Under the pieces are notes generated by a model, which worked only from the letters and a program-made list of their open reading frames with translations, was not told the origin of the DNA and did no database searches. Positions 1-9,540 of a stretch of DNA of 64,000 bases are shown in pieces. Source of the stretch: Micavibrio sp. (lineage in GTDB: Bacteria > Pseudomonadota > Alphaproteobacteria > Micavibrionales > Micavibrionaceae); contig JAQGJB010000100.1 in NCBI GenBank assembly GCA_028290825.1, positions 2,101 to 66,100 of the forward strand, in the 5' to 3' direction. The position numbers were made by a program, and so were the translations under genes. Each line of letters opens with the position of its first letter. The stretch's first letter is position 1.

Positions 1-220
1 GCAGCGCGCGCATGTCCTTCGGCAGGTTGCCCATCGCCTCGAAATCAGTGACGCCACGGTTATAGATCCAGTGCCAGACCTGTTTAGCGCGGAATTTGGG
101 GAGGCCGTGCCCCTCCATCACCGCCGTCATTTCAGGCAGGGTCAGGCCGATCAGGGCGATCCGCCCGGCGGCATCGGTGCGCGGGGCGGCGAATTTGGTG
201 GCATGGGAGGTTACGCTCAT
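1..220 (-). CDS. rlmN: 23S rRNA m2A2503 methyltransferase RlmN, N-terminal part (runs off window)
   Basis: Manual translation from ATG at 220: MSVTSHATKFAAPRTDAAGRIALIGLTLPEMTAVMEGHGLPKFRAKQVWHWIYNRGVTDFEAMGNLPKDMRAL; FRAxQxWHWIY...DFxxMxNLPK is the RlmN N-terminal signature. Confidence 0.9.
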   Translation of the reverse strand, partial: MSVTSHATKFAAPRTDAAGRIALIGLTLPEMTAVMEGHGLPKFRAKQVWHWIYNRGVTDFEAMGNLPKDMRAL

Positions 221-313
221 GGGCGCATACATACAGGAAACGGGCCGGAAAAGTCAAAGTTTCTGCATCTTTACGGTTCTCTGGTATAATAAATAAGACC
301 TAAAGGAGCCGCG

Positions 314-688
314 ATGACCCTCAAAATCCTCTATATCGAAGACGAACCCGATATCCGCGCCCTGGCGGAGATGATGATGCAATCCCTTGGCGGCTATACC
401 GTGAAATCCTGCGCCGACGGCCTGAGCGCCCTTGAAGAAGCTGCGGGTTTCCAGCCCGATGTCATCGTTCTGGACGTCATGATGCCTGGTTTAAGCGGGC
501 CGGAAACGCTGGCCAAACTGCGTGCACTTCCCGCGACGGCGTCAACCCCGGCCATTTTCATGACCGGTAAATCGCAGGCGCATGAGATTGAGAGCCTTAT
601 TGCGCTCGGCGCAATCGGGGTTATTCAAAAGCCCTTTGACCCAATGTCGGTTGCGGCAAAGATCCAGGAACTGATGGATCAGGCGTAA
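314..688 (+). CDS. Single-domain response regulator receiver (CheY-like)
   Basis: ILYIEDE, DVIVLDVMMP (phospho-Asp), FMTG, KPF motifs; AGGAG RBS and TATAAT (285-290) upstream. Confidence 0.95.
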   Translation: MTLKILYIEDEPDIRALAEMMMQSLGGYTVKSCADGLSALEEAAGFQPDVIVLDVMMPGLSGPETLAKLRALPATASTPAIFMTGKSQAHEIESLIALGAIGVIQKPFDPMSVAAKIQELMDQA

Positions 689-1745
689 CCGCTTTCGGAC
701 GGTGGCGGTCAAGAAACTCGCGGAAGCTCGGCAGGCTGGCCGAACGATATTCGAACATAAGCGGCTTCAGGTTATCGTTGCCCGCAAGCAGCGCGTTCAA
801 TGCCTTTTCATTTCGAACAAGCGCATCAAGTTTCCACAAATAGGTCTTGATACCAAAAATCACCGCGCCCGTAACGGGCAACTTGCGGAAGGTTTCATGC
901 TCGGACCGCAGATAGCCGAACTTCTCCCAGTTTTCGGCATTCATATCAGGACCCTCAGCCTCCTGATGATCGGAATGACGGAATAATTCCGGGCCAAGCG
1001 TCATACCCCAGTTACGGCGCCAGGCCTTATGTTCCGGCTTCATATTGGCGAAGAATGTATCGACGCGCGTAGCATATTCCGCCATGTAATGCGAAACGGC
1101 ACCGTGATGGATTTCATAAGGGGTTTTACCCAGACGGGCCGCACGCAGGCTTTCTTTCTGCGCCTCACGCCACGCAGCCCTCAAACCCAGATGGGGGAAA
1201 ACCGGTTCAGGCTGGTTGAACTTGCTGCGCAATCCCCAGCCATTCGGGAACAGCAGCGCGCCGGCTTTCAGCGGATAAACGGTTTCCTGCCTGGGCCCGC
1301 GTTTTTCGGGAAGCAAAAGCAACATGTCTTCACTGGCCAGCAGAGCAACGGTCACAAGCGGATCGGCGCCATACGGGCCGACATCAAGGGCCAGACCCGT
1401 CAGCGGTGAGAGGATCAGATCGCCTTCCCGTTTGAAATAGTCGGGATAAAGGGTCAGTACTTCGTTGACCACTGTATCGCGTAATTCATATTCGGCGGCA
1501 CGCACATCATCGCCAGGCAGACGGTCGACCACCATATCGCGTTTATTGAGAAGGAGCTCCATACGGCGGCTGATCTGCGCGGGATAGGTGCTGTCGACGA
1601 TAACCCAGTTCAGGTCATCCGGCCATTTATTGATCATGACGGTGCTGGGGACGACGGTGTAACGCTCCATATCGTCTGTGCGCAATGTGGCGATCAGTTT
1701 CTCCCTTTTCTCTACCTTGTCGGTAAAGACGCCGTGTATAGCCAT
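621..1745 (-). CDS. DUF3445 / heme-dependent oxidative N-demethylase alpha-subunit-like protein
   Basis: SEDMLLL, LKAGALLFPNGW, KTPYEIH, RVDTFF, WRRNW, LRSEHETFRKLPVTGAVIFGIKTY motifs; start chosen after AGGGAG RBS; 3' end overlaps the receiver gene. Confidence 0.75.
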   Translation of the reverse strand: MAIHGVFTDKVEKREKLIATLRTDDMERYTVVPSTVMINKWPDDLNWVIVDSTYPAQISRRMELLLNKRDMVVDRLPGDDVRAAEYELRDTVVNEVLTLYPDYFKREGDLILSPLTGLALDVGPYGADPLVTVALLASEDMLLLLPEKRGPRQETVYPLKAGALLFPNGWGLRSKFNQPEPVFPHLGLRAAWREAQKESLRAARLGKTPYEIHHGAVSHYMAEYATRVDTFFANMKPEHKAWRRNWGMTLGPELFRHSDHQEAEGPDMNAENWEKFGYLRSEHETFRKLPVTGAVIFGIKTYLWKLDALVRNEKALNALLAGNDNLKPLMFEYRSASLPSFREFLDRHRPKAVTPDPSVPGSLPQPTLGQRAFE

Positions 1746-1885
1746 ATCCATCTCCCTGTTTTCCGGATTCATAGCAGTCTGCGGGCCTTTGACAAGGGCA
1801 AATCCTGTTATGCCTAAAACCTTTGCTCCGAAGCATTGCATCAGCTAAATTCAGGCCGTTCAGGAATTGAAGGATTTCCGCCTAA

Positions 1886-2791
1886 ATGTCTGTTTCATTT
1901 GTCATTCCGGTTTATAACAAGGCCCGCTATCTCGGCCTTGTGCTTAACTCTATTGCGGCGCAGAAAGGCAATTTTGAACGGGAGTTCATTTTCGTCGATG
2001 ACGGATCAACCGACAATTCGCTGCAGATGGTGCGCGACCTGACCGCCGGGTGGACGAATGTCACGATCATCGAACAGGAAAACGGCGGTTCGGCCAAAGC
2101 GACCAACACCGGCATTGCCGCCGCCCGGATGGAATTTATAAAGTTCGTCGATGCTGACGATCTGCTGCACGAACAGGCAACCGCCATTCTGCTTGGCGCA
2201 TTGAAGGCCAATCCCGGTGCCTGTCTCGCCTATGCTCTTTGCCAGTATTTTAACGAAGGCGAAACGATGGACCTGACGCAGACACTTGGTGTTTGTGAAA
2301 TCGAAACCATTGCCGAACCTCTCTACGCATCCATACAGAATTCACTTTTCAATCCGACCCAGTTTCTGGCGCGCACAGATGCAATCAAGAAAAGTGGCGG
2401 ATGCGATGAACGTGTCAAACACAGCCAGGAATATTCCCTGACCCTCCGCCTTGCGCGCCTTGGTTCGTTTGTGAAGGTCAATGAAACGCTCGCCTTCCTT
2501 TGCCGCGGTGAAGCAGGCCGTCATGGCGCATCGAGCAGCAGGCAGTTGCAGAGGGTCAGCCTTGCGCTCGCCTATTTTCTCGAGGATTATCCTGACACGC
2601 CCCTGCCCCTGCACCGTCATGCCTATAAACGGGCTATCGGTCGCGCGGCGAAGTTCGATTACCGTCATCGCGGCGGCGCCAAATATTCGAAACTATTCTG
2701 GAAGAGTTTGCTGGCCCGTATCGTGCCGGAGAAAAATTATGCCGCCGCCATTCGCGCGACCCTTCCCGTCTTTGACGAGAGAGCGGGATAA
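1886..2791 (+). CDS. Glycosyltransferase family 2
   Basis: SFVIPVYN, FVDDGSTD, FVDADD motifs. Confidence 0.93.
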   Translation: MSVSFVIPVYNKARYLGLVLNSIAAQKGNFEREFIFVDDGSTDNSLQMVRDLTAGWTNVTIIEQENGGSAKATNTGIAAARMEFIKFVDADDLLHEQATAILLGALKANPGACLAYALCQYFNEGETMDLTQTLGVCEIETIAEPLYASIQNSLFNPTQFLARTDAIKKSGGCDERVKHSQEYSLTLRLARLGSFVKVNETLAFLCRGEAGRHGASSSRQLQRVSLALAYFLEDYPDTPLPLHRHAYKRAIGRAAKFDYRHRGGAKYSKLFWKSLLARIVPEKNYAAAIRATLPVFDERAG

Positions 2792-2794
2792 TCC

Positions 2795-4612
2795 ATGTGC
2801 GGCATCGCCGGTTTATACCAGCCAAAAAAATCGCAGGACGAACGGCATACACTTGCGCTGGCCATGAACAATGCCATTGCGCATCGCGGCCCCGACGGTG
2901 ATGGCCTGTGGGGTGATGAAACAATCACCCTTGCCCATCGCCGCCTGTCCATTCTTGACCTCTCACCCGCCGGGGCGCAGCCGATGGCGTCGCAGGGCGG
3001 CGACTGGGTCGTGTCATTCAATGGCGAAATTTATAACCACAACGATATCCGCAAAGACCTGAGCGTCAACTGGCGCGGGCACAGTGATACCGAAACGATT
3101 GCCGAGGGGCTGCAACAATGGGGCTTTACCGCGACGTTGGCGAAAATGAACGGCATGTTCGCGCTTGCGGCCTATCACCGCCCGAGCCGCGAATTATTCA
3201 TCGCCCGCGACCGGATGGGCGAAAAACCGCTTTATTACGCGCATTATAATGGCGGGCTGGCGTTTGCGTCGGAACTGGCAGCGTTGATGCAGCTTCCCGA
3301 CCTGCCGCGCGAAACAGACCGCGAGGCGGCTGCCGCCCTGTTGATGCACCGTTATATTCCCGCCCCGCTTTGCATCCTGAAGGCTGTGAGAAAACTCCCG
3401 GCGGCGCATTACCTCCATTTCGGGGTTGGTCATGCGCCCACCCTTCATGCCTACTGGCAATTGCCGCAGGCGGGAATCACAAAGATGGCGGATAAGGACA
3501 TCTCCGTTGAATTGTCTTCACTCCTGCTCTCCGCCACCAAAATGCGCATGTTGTCCGATGTTCCGTTTGGGGCATTCCTTTCCGGCGGTATCGACAGTTC
3601 GGCGATCGTTGCCGCGATGCAGAGGGCTGCGTCGAACCCGGTGCAAACCTATACAATCGGTTTTGAAGACCCGCGTTATAATGAAGCGCCGATTGCTGCG
3701 AAGGTTGCCAAGGCTCTCGGCACGAGGCACACGGAATTCCAGATCGGCGAGGCGGAGCTGATCGCGCTCGTTCCGCGCATGGCAAAGATCTATTCCGAAC
3801 CTTTTGCCGATTTTTCACAGATCCCGACCATCGCCCTTTCCCAAAACGTGCGCCGTGATGTGACTGTTGCCCTGGCGGGTGACGGCGGTGACGAATGCTT
3901 TGCCGGGTATTCGCGTATTCATGAAACTGTGGGGGAGTTCACAGGCGGCGGATCACCTCTCTACAGCACGCTGGCCGGTATCGGTTCGTCCATTGCCCCC
4001 TTCGCGCTACGCAAGACGAACAAGCGGCTGGCGATGAAATCACAGGCCGATTTCGCCAGCTATTACAATCTGCGTTACGCCACATGGCATCAATACAGCG
4101 GCATCGTTCCGGCATCGTCCTTCCCGGAACCGTTTATCTATCCCGATAAAGACGCAATGACCGCCGCCAATAAATTTGAAATGCTCTGCTATCTGCCGGA
4201 AGATATCCTGACCAAGGTTGACCGCGCCAGCATGAGCGCCAGCCTTGAGGTGCGCGCGCCGTTCCTCGATCACACCCTGGTCGAGTTTCTGTGGCAACTG
4301 CCCCCGGCGCAGCGCGCGCAGTACCAGCCGAAGGGATTGCTGCGCAAGTTCCTCTCGGAACAGATCCCGTCGCTGCCTGCGGAAATCTTTACCCGCCCGA
4401 AACAGGGCTTTGAACCGCCTCTCGCCGCTTGGTTGCGCGGGCCATTAAAGGGGTGGGCCGATGATCTGCTCAACGAACCGCATCCGTGGCTGAATATGAA
4501 GCTCGTCCGCCAATACTGGCACGCCATGACCGAACAGAACAAATCCATGCACCAGTTTATCTGGCCGGTTCTGATGTTACGGGCGTGGGAGCGCGAATAC
4601 GGGGTTCAATAA
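2795..4612 (+). CDS. asnB: Asparagine synthase (glutamine-hydrolysing)-like amidotransferase
   Basis: MCGIAG Ntn N-terminus, HRGPD, FNGEIYN, LSGGIDSS, KVDRASM..SLEVRAPFLD. Confidence 0.93.
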   Translation: MCGIAGLYQPKKSQDERHTLALAMNNAIAHRGPDGDGLWGDETITLAHRRLSILDLSPAGAQPMASQGGDWVVSFNGEIYNHNDIRKDLSVNWRGHSDTETIAEGLQQWGFTATLAKMNGMFALAAYHRPSRELFIARDRMGEKPLYYAHYNGGLAFASELAALMQLPDLPRETDREAAAALLMHRYIPAPLCILKAVRKLPAAHYLHFGVGHAPTLHAYWQLPQAGITKMADKDISVELSSLLLSATKMRMLSDVPFGAFLSGGIDSSAIVAAMQRAASNPVQTYTIGFEDPRYNEAPIAAKVAKALGTRHTEFQIGEAELIALVPRMAKIYSEPFADFSQIPTIALSQNVRRDVTVALAGDGGDECFAGYSRIHETVGEFTGGGSPLYSTLAGIGSSIAPFALRKTNKRLAMKSQADFASYYNLRYATWHQYSGIVPASSFPEPFIYPDKDAMTAANKFEMLCYLPEDILTKVDRASMSASLEVRAPFLDHTLVEFLWQLPPAQRAQYQPKGLLRKFLSEQIPSLPAEIFTRPKQGFEPPLAAWLRGPLKGWADDLLNEPHPWLNMKLVRQYWHAMTEQNKSMHQFIWPVLMLRAWEREYGVQ

Positions 4613-4666
4613 GGGCCGCACTCGTCTTATAATAAGGCCATTATCCACCCCAACCGGATTCGCGCC

Positions 4667-6088
4667 ATGCCAAAGACATTTCTCACCGCTCCCGCCGCTT
4701 TTACCGCTACTGCCGGAAAAAATGCCGTCACGCTTCAGGTCCTGACGCGCACGGGTTTTGAAGCATGGGTAAAAAAAGCCCCCGCACAAGTGAAGCAGCG
4801 CATCGAACAATCGCCGTTCGGTGCCAAGCCCGGCCAGATCATGTCGCTTTATAATGACAAGGGTGCGCTGACCACTATCCTGATTGGCATCAACGACCCG
4901 GTGCAGCTTTTCGACCTATCCCCGGCCTGCGATTACGTGATCCGCAGCCTCACCGACAAGACAATCAAGTCAACGACATTTAAACTTGAGGGCCTGAAGG
5001 GCAAGGATGCGGAGAAGGCCTGCATCGGTTGGGGACTGGCCGCTTACCGTTTCGAAGATTACAAAACAGAAAAATCCGCCACATTGGTCCCGAAACTGGC
5101 CTGGCCGGAAAAGGTCGATAAGAAATCGGTTGAGGCGCATCTGGAATCCGCCTGCCTGATCCGTAACCTGATTAACATTCCTGCAAACGACCTCGGACCG
5201 GATGAACTTGAAAAAGCGGCCCGCACGTTTGCCACCGCCGAAGGTCTGACCATTAAAGTCACTAAGGACAAAGACCTGATCAAGAATAATTTTCCGATGA
5301 TTTATGAAGTCGGCAAGGGCAGCCCGCGTCGTCCGCGTTTGATCGACATGCAATGGGGAAATGCGAAACACAAGAAACTGACGCTGGTAGGGAAAGGGGT
5401 CTGCTTCGATACCGGTGGGCTGAACCTGAAACCAGGCGGCGCGATGTACACCATGAAAAAGGATATGGGCGGGGCCGCGCATGTGCTGGGGCTTGCGATG
5501 CTCATCATCCGCCATAAGCTGCCCGTGCGTCTGCGTGTGCTTATTCCGGCGGTAGAGAATTCGGTTTCGGGTGAATCCTATCGTCCGGCTGACGTTATCA
5601 ATTCGCGCAAAGGCCTGACGGTCGAAGTTGGTGATACGGATGCGGAGGGTCGTCTGGTTCTGGCCGACGCCCTCACCCTCGCCTCTGAGGAAAAACCGGA
5701 TTTCCTGATCGATTTCGCGACCCTGACGGGTGCGGCGCGTGTGGCGACGGGCATGGATATGGCGGCGGTATTCTCAAATGACGTAAAGATTGCGTTCAGC
5801 CTTAAGGACTACGGCGATGCCGCGCAGGATTATATGTGGCCCCTGCCCCTGCATCAGGCGTACCGCAAGGATATCGCCAGCAATATCGCCGATTTGTGCA
5901 GCACTGGCGGCAAGGCCGGGGCGACCACGGCGGCGCTGTTCCTGGAAACATTTGTTGACGCAAAAACCGACTGGGTTCATGTTGATTTATCCGCATGGGA
6001 AGAAGGCTCCCGCCCGGGCCGCAGCAAAGGCGGCACCGAAATGGGCAGCCGCGCGGTGTTCGCCTATTTACAGGATCGTTTCAGGTAG
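4667..6088 (+). CDS. Leucyl aminopeptidase family (M17)
   Basis: GKGVCFDTGG, MKKDMGGAA, DTDAEGRLVLADAL, ATLTGA. Confidence 0.95.
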   Translation: MPKTFLTAPAAFTATAGKNAVTLQVLTRTGFEAWVKKAPAQVKQRIEQSPFGAKPGQIMSLYNDKGALTTILIGINDPVQLFDLSPACDYVIRSLTDKTIKSTTFKLEGLKGKDAEKACIGWGLAAYRFEDYKTEKSATLVPKLAWPEKVDKKSVEAHLESACLIRNLINIPANDLGPDELEKAARTFATAEGLTIKVTKDKDLIKNNFPMIYEVGKGSPRRPRLIDMQWGNAKHKKLTLVGKGVCFDTGGLNLKPGGAMYTMKKDMGGAAHVLGLAMLIIRHKLPVRLRVLIPAVENSVSGESYRPADVINSRKGLTVEVGDTDAEGRLVLADALTLASEEKPDFLIDFATLTGAARVATGMDMAAVFSNDVKIAFSLKDYGDAAQDYMWPLPLHQAYRKDIASNIADLCSTGGKAGATTAALFLETFVDAKTDWVHVDLSAWEEGSRPGRSKGGTEMGSRAVFAYLQDRFR

Positions 6089-6099
6089 CATCGTTAAAC

Positions 6100-6876
6100 A
6101 TGAGAGAACTGACGAAAATCCACAACGCCGTTGCCGATCTTCAGGGTGAACCAGGGATGCAGGTTCGTATCGGCCGCCGGGATTCGCAGATGCTGTATGG
6201 GGAACCGTTTGAGATCGTCGCCGAGAAAGACGGCTGGCTCCAGGGCCGCAGCATTCTTGATGGTTATGCCGGCTGGATCGATGCGGCCCACAAGGGTTTA
6301 GACCAGGAACTGCCCACCCATGTCGTTCATACCCGGATGACGAATGCTTATCTCCTCCCTGATTTTAAAACGCGGCCCTATGAGGAATTCAGCTTCATGT
6401 CACGGATCACCGTTGATCCGGCGGAACCCGCACAAAACGGTTTCGTTAAAATTAAGGGCCGGCAGGCCTGGGTGCCGCAGACGCACGTGATGGATATCAT
6501 CACGCTTCTGTCAAACAAGGTGGATATTGCGGCGACTGCTGAAATGTTTATGGGCACGCCGTATCTGTATGGCGGACGCAGTGCCGGGGGAATTGATTGC
6601 TCGGCGCTGGTTCAGCTTGCGGTGTTGCGCAATGGCGGATTCTGCCTGCGCGATGCGGACCAGCAGGAACCCGTGATGGGTAAAATCGTCAAACGCCCGC
6701 GTCGCGGGGATCTGATCTATTTTAAGGATGGCCCCGCCCTGCATGTCGGGATCATGGCCGATACAAAACACATCATCAATGCAACGGTTCGCCACATGGC
6801 CGTCACGGTTGAAAAGCTGGATGAAATGCAGAAATTCTATGGCGGGATAAAAAGTATCCGCCGCCTGACACCCTGA
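6100..6876 (+). CDS. NlpC/P60 (C40) peptidase with SH3-like N-terminus
   Basis: SQMLYGE N-domain, GTPYLYGG..GIDCSAL catalytic Cys, HVGIM His; ATG at 6100 just after the peptidase stop. Confidence 0.92.
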   Translation: MRELTKIHNAVADLQGEPGMQVRIGRRDSQMLYGEPFEIVAEKDGWLQGRSILDGYAGWIDAAHKGLDQELPTHVVHTRMTNAYLLPDFKTRPYEEFSFMSRITVDPAEPAQNGFVKIKGRQAWVPQTHVMDIITLLSNKVDIAATAEMFMGTPYLYGGRSAGGIDCSALVQLAVLRNGGFCLRDADQQEPVMGKIVKRPRRGDLIYFKDGPALHVGIMADTKHIINATVRHMAVTVEKLDEMQKFYGGIKSIRRLTP

Positions 6877-6881
6877 TCCAT

Positions 6882-6916
6882 CGTCATTGCTGAGCTTCGC
6901 TGGATGCGTAATGACG
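6882..6916. repeat. CGTCATTGC...GTAATGACG palindromic intergenic element
   Basis: Inverted repeat between convergent genes; related copies at 12622, 34012, 34940, 37172, 47269. Confidence 0.7.
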
Positions 6917-6917
6917 G

Positions 6918-8348
6918 TTAGGGTTGCGCCCCGGCCACTATCGGTGCGGGTGCTGCCTTCAGTTTCTGCAGGATATCTTTTGCAAATTCACTCAGCGTAT
7001 CATCCCGCGCACCCATGATGACGATACGGTCGCCTGCTTTCGCATTGGCCAGCATGAAGGCTCCGGCATCATCGCGGGTCTGGAAGAAATGCGCGTCGCG
7101 CCCGCCTGCGGTGATATCGCCGATCAAATCGTTCGAGGAAATGTCCTTGGTCACCGTGCCGCCGGCGTAGAAAATTTCCGGCATGGTCAGGGTGTCGCCC
7201 TTGCGGAGACCTTTGGTAAAAGCCTCCACCAGTTCTTTTCGCATCATTTTCATCGGTCCGAAGCCGTGCGGCTGGAACATGACGATGACACGGCCCGGAT
7301 GGGCGGTCAGGGTGTCGAGGGTGGCGGCGATCTTATCCGGGTTATGGCCAAAATCGTCGATAACGGTTACGCCGCCCGCCGTGCCGAGGACTTCCATACG
7401 GCGTTTGATGCCCTTGAATGCTTCCAGCGCCGTGACGGCTTTATCGAGCGGCTGGTTAAGAGCCTTGGCGACACTGAATGCCGCGAGGGCGTTTGAAACA
7501 TTGTGGCGGCCCGGAACAGGAAGGTTGCAGGGCCATGACGTTCCGTTTGTCCTGTCGTTCAGGGTGAATGAAATCCCGCCCTGCTGGTGTTGCAGGTTTG
7601 TGGCGAAAAGAGTCGCCGCCGGGTTATCGACCGCATAGGTAATCGTCAGCGGATGGACATTTGCCATCTTCGCCGCACGCGGATCGTCAAGATTGACGAC
7701 GGCCATGCGGGCGCGCGTCAGGTAGTCGGCGAATAAAGGCTCGATCACACTGAACGGTTTATGATCGAGGGTAATATTGTTCAGAACCGCAATCTCCGGA
7801 TTGAAGAAGGAAATCGTCCCGTCGCTCTCATCCATTTCCGCCACGAACAGATCGCCCTTGCCACCGACAGCATTGCCCATCAGGCTTTGGGGATGACCGA
7901 CGAAGTTCGGCATGATGCCGCCATTGGCAATCGTCGGGTCGAGGCCCATGGCATGCAGCATCCAACCGGTCATGCCGGTGGTGGTTGTCTTGCCACTGGT
8001 CCCCGCGATGCCGATCCCCCTCGCCTTGTTAAACAGGCTGGAGAGAAGTTCGGCGCGTTTGATGACAGGAATGTTAAGTTTACGGGCGTTCTGAATATCG
8101 GGAATGGATTCCTCGACAGCGCTTGAGACGACGACGAAATTCACGCTCTGGTCGACGCCCGAGCCATCCTGTTTGTGGAGCGTCATGCCGCTTTGTGCCA
8201 GGGTCGCAAATTTATCGGGCACATCGCCATGGTCGTGACCACGGTCAGAACCGGAAACCACATTTCCCTGCCTGCGGATCAGGTCGGCCAGGGCGCTCAT
8301 GCCGCTGCCGCCGATGCCTACGAAGAAGTAGTGGTTGCGTCCGGCCAT
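6918..8348 (-). CDS. MurC/Mpl-like Mur ligase located outside the dcw cluster
   Basis: FVGIGGSGMSALA, GTSGKTTTT, EMDESDG, GRHNVSNA, GIKRR, DDFGHNP, FQPH. Confidence 0.9.
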   Translation of the reverse strand: MAGRNHYFFVGIGGSGMSALADLIRRQGNVVSGSDRGHDHGDVPDKFATLAQSGMTLHKQDGSGVDQSVNFVVVSSAVEESIPDIQNARKLNIPVIKRAELLSSLFNKARGIGIAGTSGKTTTTGMTGWMLHAMGLDPTIANGGIMPNFVGHPQSLMGNAVGGKGDLFVAEMDESDGTISFFNPEIAVLNNITLDHKPFSVIEPLFADYLTRARMAVVNLDDPRAAKMANVHPLTITYAVDNPAATLFATNLQHQQGGISFTLNDRTNGTSWPCNLPVPGRHNVSNALAAFSVAKALNQPLDKAVTALEAFKGIKRRMEVLGTAGGVTVIDDFGHNPDKIAATLDTLTAHPGRVIVMFQPHGFGPMKMMRKELVEAFTKGLRKGDTLTMPEIFYAGGTVTKDISSNDLIGDITAGGRDAHFFQTRDDAGAFMLANAKAGDRIVIMGARDDTLSEFAKDILQKLKAAPAPIVAGAQP

Positions 8349-8351
8349 GGC

Positions 8352-9161
8352 TTACGGCTTAACGCTCGGCACTGCGCCGATTTTTCCCGTGAAGATCTTC
8401 TGGCTGACCGAAGACGGGGTTGGCGAGGTGCTGTCCGAGGACTTGCTGTTATTGGTACCAAGACCCTGACCTATCGTCGTCGTCGAGGTTGATGTCGTTG
8501 TCGTCGATGTGGCTACGGGTGGCGCGACGATTGGCGGCAAAGGCGCCTTTGCCGTTGTGGTGGAGGTTGTCGTTGTGGTGACAGACCCCGCGACAGGCAT
8601 CATGATGCCCATCGAATTGTCTTCTTCCGTTGAACGAGGCTGGAGTGTCGGCGCGGCCGTTCCTATATCGCTACCCAAGGCGGGGAGGCCAGGGCGGAAC
8701 TGCTCCATCTGCAACAATTCAGGGTTCTGGTCAAAGACGTCCTGGTAATCGGGCTGAGGATAGCTGGTGGGCGGCATGCCCCGGAAATCGACCAGGACTT
8801 CACTGGGGTAATTATACATCGCGCCCGTCATCGCATCCCAGCCGACACCAACGCCGAGATTGCTGACATTATAAGGGAGATCGCGTGAGAGTTCGGACTT
8901 CAGAACAACAACCTGCTGGCGGTTGCCGGGGGCCTGACAACGAATGCGCAGATCGTCTTTGGAGCGCATGGCGCGGAAGGAACTCGGCGCGTAGACGCGG
9001 TAACGGCGTCCGGGCTGCGTCACATCGCACAGGGCTTCGCCCGTTCCGGCGATATTAATACGAATGTCCTCGGTTCCGCCGTTCATGGCAGTGCTGCAGC
9101 CCGACAGCATCGCGCCGGACAGCATTAACGCAGCAAAGGTAACCGTTATCTGACGGATCAT
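8352..9161 (-). CDS. Putative lipoprotein with Thr/Ser/Pro-rich C-terminal tail
   Basis: Signal peptide with lipobox LSGC; stop 3 nt before the Mur ligase start. Confidence 0.8.
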   Translation of the reverse strand: MIRQITVTFAALMLSGAMLSGCSTAMNGGTEDIRINIAGTGEALCDVTQPGRRYRVYAPSSFRAMRSKDDLRIRCQAPGNRQQVVVLKSELSRDLPYNVSNLGVGVGWDAMTGAMYNYPSEVLVDFRGMPPTSYPQPDYQDVFDQNPELLQMEQFRPGLPALGSDIGTAAPTLQPRSTEEDNSMGIMMPVAGSVTTTTTSTTTAKAPLPPIVAPPVATSTTTTSTSTTTIGQGLGTNNSKSSDSTSPTPSSVSQKIFTGKIGAVPSVKP

Positions 9162-9224
9162 GGTTTCGTCCCACCCGTATTTTTTGGAAAGCCTGCAGAA
9201 TTGCATAAGAATCAAACCCGCTTA

Positions 9225-9490
9225 AAGAGTAGCCGCAAATCCGGGGAGTGACAACGCTGCGGCGCGGGGGTAAGCCGAATTGTCCAGAGGCAGGACTTAT
9301 CACATAAGGACCCATATAAAGGACGGCAGGCGGGGATTTTAAGAGAACGATATGCAATCGCCTCACTCCCTGGCCTGCCGTCGCCTCTGCACTGAGAGTG
9401 CGGAGAGGAAGGCGCCTGTTCCCGATGGAAAAGGCGTTAAGAATAAGATAGGCCCCGCAATTCAACCGTCCAGCGCACAAGGCCTTATTT
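9225..9490. ncRNA. Putative structured non-coding RNA / IS110-like non-coding end remnant
   Basis: Perfect 10-bp IR GACGGCAGGC (9322-9331) / GCCTGCCGTC (9373-9382) plus hairpins at 9232-9263, 9296-9308, 9385-9405 and 9413-9436; no credible ORF. Confidence 0.45.
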
Positions 9491-9540
9491 ATGAAAACAT
9501 TTTGTTGTGCCGTAAGTTTCGGTGTGCGACAATTCCCCTC

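Noticed and set aside
71-296. Plus-strand ORFs 71..289 and 96..296
   Set aside because: Antisense to the rlmN 5' end.
9410-9480. Cobalamin riboswitch, suggested by GGCCCCGCAAT
   Set aside because: The GGGAA..GGTG.AA.TCC and ACTGT/B12-box elements are missing, and there is no B12-related downstream gene.
9352-9540. N-terminal extension of ORF 9352..9804 and antisense ORF 9055..9480
   Set aside because: Not protein-like; they run through the hairpin-rich region, and a promoter plus signal peptide support the start at 9541.
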